From an uncultured Clostridia bacterium (GTDB lineage Bacteria > Bacillota > Clostridia > TANB77 > CAG-508), in the NCBI GenBank assembly GCA_934168355.1, contig CAKPNI010000002.1:977-64976 (forward strand): a stretch of DNA of 64,000 nt, in the 5' to 3' direction. The position numbers and the translations under genes are program-made. The notes under the pieces were generated by a model that saw only the letters and a list, made by a program, of their open reading frames with translations, was not told the origin of the DNA and searched no databases. Below, one piece after another: positions 58,881-64,000 of the stretch (its first letter is position 1; each line of letters begins with the position of its first letter).

Positions 58881-61385
58881 ATGAATTTACCAAATTTATT
58901 CACCAAATTTTATTTAGACAAAGAAAAGGATATAGTAGTAAAATTATTTAAATCAGAAGAACCAGATGAATTAATTTATGTTCTAGAAACACCAAATCAC
59001 CATACAGGAAATTTAATAACAAATTTAGCAAAGGTTGCAAATGTAGAAACAATAAAAGATGAAAATGACATGAAAGTAATTACAGGAATTTTGCAAGCTT
59101 GTATTAATGATGACGGAGAAGAAGTTTATATATTTAGACTTGGTGGAATAAAAATCGCCAATATTTATCCAGATGGAAGAATAGAAAGAAAGGCAAAAAT
59201 TCCAGCAATAATAAAATTATTAATGGCACAAACAAAAGACTATAAATTGCCAGTAGAAAAAACAATAGTAAAATCATATATTCTAAAAAAATCAAAATTT
59301 AGAACAGATTTACATACACATTTAAACCAAATATTACAACCAGATTTACTAATTGCACTTGGAATAAAACATCAAATTGGATATTCGCTATATTACATAA
59401 AAAAATTAGGAATAAAAGTTACAGCAAAACAAGAAAAAGAATTATTAAAAAAGAGAAAAGAAATTGAAAAAAAATACAAACATTCAGAATTAGAGGGAAA
59501 AAAATTAGAAAGAAAAATAAATGATGAAACATTAATAAATATGGCAGACCTAATTTTAAATAACCTAGAAAATGCTGAAGAAAATATAGTAAAAATAAGA
59601 AATAGTTTAGTACTCCTAAAAGATGGTCAGGCAGTATTTACAAACCTTGAAAAAACAATACTTTATAGATATGCCATCATAAGAGGAAAGCAAGTACCTG
59701 ATGAAGAAAAAGTGGAGCTAAGCCTAGATAAAATAGAGAAAATAGAAGATAATGACATAAGGCAAACTCTAAAGAAAATGAAAGAAGATATGGAAAGCGA
59801 AAATAGTCCATATAAAAATAATACATTATATCAAGATAAATTATTATGGATAGCAAGAGAATACCAAAAACAAGGAATAAAATATGTAGAAATTGCAAAT
59901 TCCACACTTGCCAAAAAAGGGTCTGCTGGAATACAAAATTTAGTAGAAATGCATGAAATAATGCCTAAAATAGAAAGTGAAACTGGTGTAAGCATAAGAT
60001 ATCTAGCAGCAGCTAGTAGAACATTATTTACTCCAGAGCAAGTAAAAGAATGTCCAGCTGTAATAAAAGCAGTAAGTAGAAGTCCTTATGTTGTTGGAAT
60101 GGATTTAATTGGAGAAGAAATAAACAATGTAACAGATTTTTCAGACTTAATTGGAGAAATTATAAAATATGCAATATATGAAGATGATGGATATACAATA
60201 AGATTACATGCAGGAGAAACTGATGCATTTAAAGACAATATTGAAAAAGCATTGGACTGTATAAAAATATGTTTACCTAATGGAGAAAAAGCTCCACAAA
60301 TAAGATTAGGTCATGGTTTATATGTACCAGACTTAGATACAAGAGAGGGCAAACGTATAATAAATAAAATGAAAGACTTAGATGTAATACTAGAATTCCA
60401 ATTATCATCAAATGTAAGATTAAATAACTTAACAAATTTAAATAATCATCCTATGAAAAAATACTTAGCAGCTGGGGTAAAATGTGTTCAAGGTACTGAT
60501 GGATGCGGATTTTACGGAATCGATACAATTGATGAACAAATTGCATTAAGAAATTTATTAGATATAAAAGACACAGATTTTGCTAAAATGAGAAAAGTTG
60601 AAGACGAAATTTTAGCAAAAAGAAAAGTTTATTTTGAAGAAAAATCAAATAAATTTGAACAATTTTTGGATGGTAGAACAATTGAAGAAGCTTTAAAAGA
60701 AGAACAAGAAAAATTGTTAAAAGAAATTGATTTAAATGAAATTAACACAAAAACAAGTAACAGATTAAATTCGTATAACGTATTTAAAGAAAAAATTGTA
60801 AATTTACCACAAGATAAAACTCCAATTATAATTGCAGGTGGAAGTTTTAATTCTAAAGGTAGAGTTACAATGCCAAATGAGGCTATTAAAAAATCTTTAA
60901 AAGAATTACTTGAGAAAGTTGATAATAAAAATACATATATTTTGATTGGGCATAAGATGCAAGGATATGAAAGAGCAGTTTTAGATATATCAAAAGAATT
61001 AAATAAGAAATTTGATGTAACAGCTGTTGTTCCAAAGTATGTTTCAGAAGATATTAAGGAAAACTTAGATAGCTCGCAGGATTTGAGCGGAATTTATGTT
61101 TCACCTGACCCATCAGAACTTGGAATTTATAAGAGCTTTAATTATGAGATTTTCGAAAGAAGAAATTCGGTAGTTGTTGCCTTTGATGGAAATTCACCTG
61201 TTTCTAATTTGATACAGGAAGCTAAAAATGGTAAAGGAAAAGCTAAGATTTATGTTAATTCTGATGTGGATGTGCTTAAGGAAAAAGCAAAATCATTGGA
61301 TGGATATGTAAGATTATTTAATACAAGTGAGAATTTAGCTAAAGAGATATTAGAGGATAATCCTGATATAAAACAAAAAATATAG
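58881..61385 (+). CDS. 834-aa fusion: unknown N-terminal region + adenosine/AMP-deaminase-like metallohydrolase + C-terminal SLOG/LOG-like Rossmann domain
   Basis: Deaminase-fold motifs appear in order: TDLHTHLNQ, IRLHAGETD, RLGHGLY, QLSSNVRLN, VQGTDGCG. The C-terminal ~200 aa contain PIIIAGGSFNSKG ... VVAFDGNSPVSNLIQEA, which resembles the LOG/SLOG GGGxG ... PGGxGTxxE pattern (tentative). Confidence 0.6.
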   Translation: MNLPNLFTKFYLDKEKDIVVKLFKSEEPDELIYVLETPNHHTGNLITNLAKVANVETIKDENDMKVITGILQACINDDGEEVYIFRLGGIKIANIYPDGRIERKAKIPAIIKLLMAQTKDYKLPVEKTIVKSYILKKSKFRTDLHTHLNQILQPDLLIALGIKHQIGYSLYYIKKLGIKVTAKQEKELLKKRKEIEKKYKHSELEGKKLERKINDETLINMADLILNNLENAEENIVKIRNSLVLLKDGQAVFTNLEKTILYRYAIIRGKQVPDEEKVELSLDKIEKIEDNDIRQTLKKMKEDMESENSPYKNNTLYQDKLLWIAREYQKQGIKYVEIANSTLAKKGSAGIQNLVEMHEIMPKIESETGVSIRYLAAASRTLFTPEQVKECPAVIKAVSRSPYVVGMDLIGEEINNVTDFSDLIGEIIKYAIYEDDGYTIRLHAGETDAFKDNIEKALDCIKICLPNGEKAPQIRLGHGLYVPDLDTREGKRIINKMKDLDVILEFQLSSNVRLNNLTNLNNHPMKKYLAAGVKCVQGTDGCGFYGIDTIDEQIALRNLLDIKDTDFAKMRKVEDEILAKRKVYFEEKSNKFEQFLDGRTIEEALKEEQEKLLKEIDLNEINTKTSNRLNSYNVFKEKIVNLPQDKTPIIIAGGSFNSKGRVTMPNEAIKKSLKELLEKVDNKNTYILIGHKMQGYERAVLDISKELNKKFDVTAVVPKYVSEDIKENLDSSQDLSGIYVSPDPSELGIYKSFNYEIFERRNSVVVAFDGNSPVSNLIQEAKNGKGKAKIYVNSDVDVLKEKAKSLDGYVRLFNTSENLAKEILEDNPDIKQKI

Positions 61386-61387
61386 TA

Positions 61388-61423
61388 AAAAGAATTTCCT
61401 AAAAGTTTAGGAAATTCTTTTTA
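61388..61423 (+). terminator. Rho-independent terminator
   Basis: agaatttcctaa / ttaggaaattct stem, 4-nt loop, then TTTT. Confidence 0.75.
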
Positions 61424-61567
61424 CGCAAATTTACATAAAAATGTTGAAATAATTTGATATTTAGTATAAAATAAATATACTTAATTTCATTATACTAAGC
61501 AAAATATTTTGTTTAGTTTTATTATAGAGTAACTTATTAACTAATCGTATTAATGATGGAGGTAAAT

Positions 61568-62980
61568 ATGAAAAAATACGACGTAATTATTGTAGGTGCA
61601 GGTCCTGCAGGAGTGTTTTGTGCATTAGAACTTACAAAGGAAAAACGGAATTTTAAAGTTCTAATTATCGATGAGGGAGCAGCAATTGAGCAAAGACGGT
61701 GTAAAACTGAATTTGTAGGAAAATGTACTAGATGTAAAGTGTGTAGCATTACACATGGCTTTGCAGGTGCAGGTGCGTTTTCGGATTGCAAACTTTCATT
61801 ATATAATCCGACAGATGCGACATTTGTTGGGGGAGAACTTGAAAGCTATATGTCAACCAAAGAATTAAAAGCACTTTTAGATGAGGTGGTTGACACATAT
61901 AAAAAATATGGCATTCCTGAAAAGGTAATAGGAGGAAGGGAACATTCTGTTGCTAATGAGCTTTTAAAGAAAGCAAATAGAAACGGATTAGAGATGACAA
62001 TTGTTCCTTTTATGCATGCAGGGACTACAAATGGTAGAAGAGCATATTATCTTCTACAAACAGAGCTACAGTCAGATGATAGGATTGACATGTTGTTTAA
62101 TACACATGTTGACGATGTCATTGTAGAAAATGGGACTGTTAAAGGTATTGTGTATACAAAAAACAAACAAACACACAAAATCTATGCACCCAATGTAGTA
62201 TTGGCGACTGGAAGAGCAGGGGCTTCTTGGAACAAAGAGATTTGCTCTAAACATGGTATACCAACAAGAGAAGGAAAAATCAAAATTGGTGTACGTTATG
62301 AACTTCCAGATGAAGTTATGGGTTCTGCAAATGAGCTGTATGAGCCAAAGTTTAAAGCACCTGAAACCGAAGAAACAGATGCAGCAATAACATTTTGTCA
62401 TAATCCGTATTGTGGCAGTGTGGTAGCAGAGTCTTATGATGGTAAGATAACTTTAGTCAATGGACATGCCGATAATATGCCAACCGGAAGAACAAACATG
62501 GCATTACTCTTCAAAATGGACTTCGGAGAAAATGCAATTGAAGTAGTCAAGAATATGGCGAGAACTCTGAATGTTCTGTCTAATGGTCAGGTGGCAGTTC
62601 AACGGACAGGAGACTTCTTTTCAAATGTAGCTACAACCCATGATGGCTTGAAAAATAATTCAGTTGAACCCACTTTAGAATCTGCGGTTCCGCTTAACTT
62701 TCAAGAGGTCATGCCGGCAAGACTTGTAAATAATATAAAAAGCTTTATTAATAAGATTGATAAAGTTATTCCGGGTTTTGCGGGGGATGATAACTTGATA
62801 TATGGGTTAGAAGTAAAATTTTCCAATTTAATTATTTCAGTAGACAAAAATTTTATGACTCAAATTGCAGGTTTATATGCAATTGGGGATGGAGCTGGAA
62901 TTTCAAATGGATTAATTCAGGCCTCTGCCTCAGGAAAATATATTGGAAAAATCCTGATGGATAAAAACAAAAATTCTTAA
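61568..62980 (+). CDS. FAD-dependent oxidoreductase (COG2509-like)
   Basis: YDVIIVGAGPAGVFCALEL dinucleotide-binding motif and C-terminal GLYAIGDGAG. It is visibly GC-richer and has three in-frame CGG codons. Confidence 0.75.
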   Translation: MKKYDVIIVGAGPAGVFCALELTKEKRNFKVLIIDEGAAIEQRRCKTEFVGKCTRCKVCSITHGFAGAGAFSDCKLSLYNPTDATFVGGELESYMSTKELKALLDEVVDTYKKYGIPEKVIGGREHSVANELLKKANRNGLEMTIVPFMHAGTTNGRRAYYLLQTELQSDDRIDMLFNTHVDDVIVENGTVKGIVYTKNKQTHKIYAPNVVLATGRAGASWNKEICSKHGIPTREGKIKIGVRYELPDEVMGSANELYEPKFKAPETEETDAAITFCHNPYCGSVVAESYDGKITLVNGHADNMPTGRTNMALLFKMDFGENAIEVVKNMARTLNVLSNGQVAVQRTGDFFSNVATTHDGLKNNSVEPTLESAVPLNFQEVMPARLVNNIKSFINKIDKVIPGFAGDDNLIYGLEVKFSNLIISVDKNFMTQIAGLYAIGDGAGISNGLIQASASGKYIGKILMDKNKNS

Positions 62981-62988
62981 AAATGAAT

Positions 62989-63014
62989 AAAGCGGTGCAA
63001 AATGCACTGCTTTA
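62989..63014. terminator. bidirectional terminator hairpin between convergent genes
   Basis: aaagcggtgca / tgcactgcttt stem with one mismatch. Confidence 0.55.
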
Positions 63015-63016
63015 TT

Positions 63017-64000
63017 CTATATTGTATCTATACCATTATTATTAATAGAAAATATATTGAAATTCAAATTATTTTTTATACAGATTTTTTTTATTAATTC
63101 AATATCGGAACTAATAATATAGATAAATTTAGCATTAGTAGAAAGACCTGCCATAACATTTGGAAGATTTTCAAAAGCTAATAAAACTTGGCTTACAGGT
63201 AAATCATTAATAAAATAATAATCTAAAATATTTTTAGTATTATCAACATGTTGAAGATGATGATTATATCTAAAAAGGGATGAAAAATTATTTTTATTTA
63301 AATCAGGTATAATTTCATTTAAAATTTTATATGATCTTTCATAGATATTAGTATCATATTTCTTTAACAATTCAACAATACTTTCTTCAGTTTTTATGTT
63401 ACTTATATGATTTACTTTACTAGTTTTTATCAAAAAAACCTTATAAATATCGGGAAAATCAAATTTTTTTATCAACTTTCCATTATCAGAAACTATACAT
63501 AGTCCGCCCAAAGAACATACATTATGAGCAATACCAGTACATATATCTCTAACCAGGAAGCCATCATGTTCTTCGACAAAGTTATTATCTAATATTTCAA
63601 TCAGATCTTCTTTTGTTAAAAAATCTCCAAAAATATGATTAATTCCATAAAGCACAGCATTTGATAACATAGAGTTAGAAGCTAAACCACAATGTTCGCT
63701 CATATTTTCATCAAATTGAACTTCAACTTTGAAATGAGCTGAGGTATTAAAAAGGCGACGCATAATGATTAAGCAATGTTCAATTACAGCTTTTTTGTGA
63801 TGAAATATAAAGTCTTTATTTTCATTTGGTAAATATTCAATTGTTATAATATTTTTTAAATCTAAGGCTAAGCCAATCCCACCGACCACCTAATTGTTCA
63901 AGAATCATTTTATTAGGGTTCATGGTAGTTAAATGTAATCTTGCAGGTGCAAGTACAGAAACTTTTTTATTTTTTATAGAAACATTTGAGTAAGTATTTT
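63017..64000 (-). CDS. GHMP-kinase-fold, COG1907 (beta-RFAP-synthase)-like protein; 5' end outside window; frame interrupted (+1) at CGG 63884-63882
   Basis: Upstream minus-strand frame: ..KKVSVLAPARLHLTTMNPNKMILEQLGG, then CGG. The +1 frame continues GGIGLALDLKNIITIEY... (ORF 63017..63889). APxRLH and GGxGxAL are family hallmarks. Confidence 0.6.

Overview
Visibly AT-rich chromosome segment of a spore-forming Firmicute (Clostridia type). Almost all genes are on the + strand. No rRNA, tRNA, CRISPR array, transposase or integrase was recognised. Gene order: 3' part of a Gabija-like pair (OLD-family nuclease plus UvrD-like helicase) with XRE and excisionase-type HTH genes; yebC; a complete spoIIIAA-AH operon; a ~13 kb Tad/Flp-like pilus locus (CpaB-like, two degenerate ParA-like, CpaF ATPase, large TadB/C-like membrane protein, five MENAxKAL pilin-like paralogues, accessory proteins); DUF2207; MYG1; a zinc-finger-less ClpX paralogue; a 530-aa unknown; class I aldolase; GGDEF; hydrolase; mntP; peroxiredoxin; acyl-CoA ligase; a birA-fabD-fabG-fabF-accB-fabZ-accC-accD-accA-fabI cluster; two prepilin-type modular surface proteins (RCC1 and WWLRSP-type C-termini) with an XRE regulator; an S8-like surface protein; pta plus two tandem ackA; HD, ProA-like and DHH genes; an adenosine-deaminase-like/SLOG-like fusion; an FAD oxidoreductase; a COG1907-like gene. 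Two window-wide signals are not explained by ordinary annotation. (1) Every interrupted gene (11 breaks in 10 genes, both strands) is broken the same way: an in-frame CGG, after which the homologous protein continues in the +1 frame, so skipping the C restores a Gly codon. Eleven other in-frame CGG codons, in a different and GC-richer set of genes, must be read normally. This is either a recoding phenomenon or a highly specific artefact, and I cannot decide which from sequence alone. (2) A palindromic intergenic element family (core GGGACGGTTC/GAACCGTCCC and variants) occurs at 13 loci, mostly just upstream of the next gene's RBS inside operons, with co-varying outer stems.
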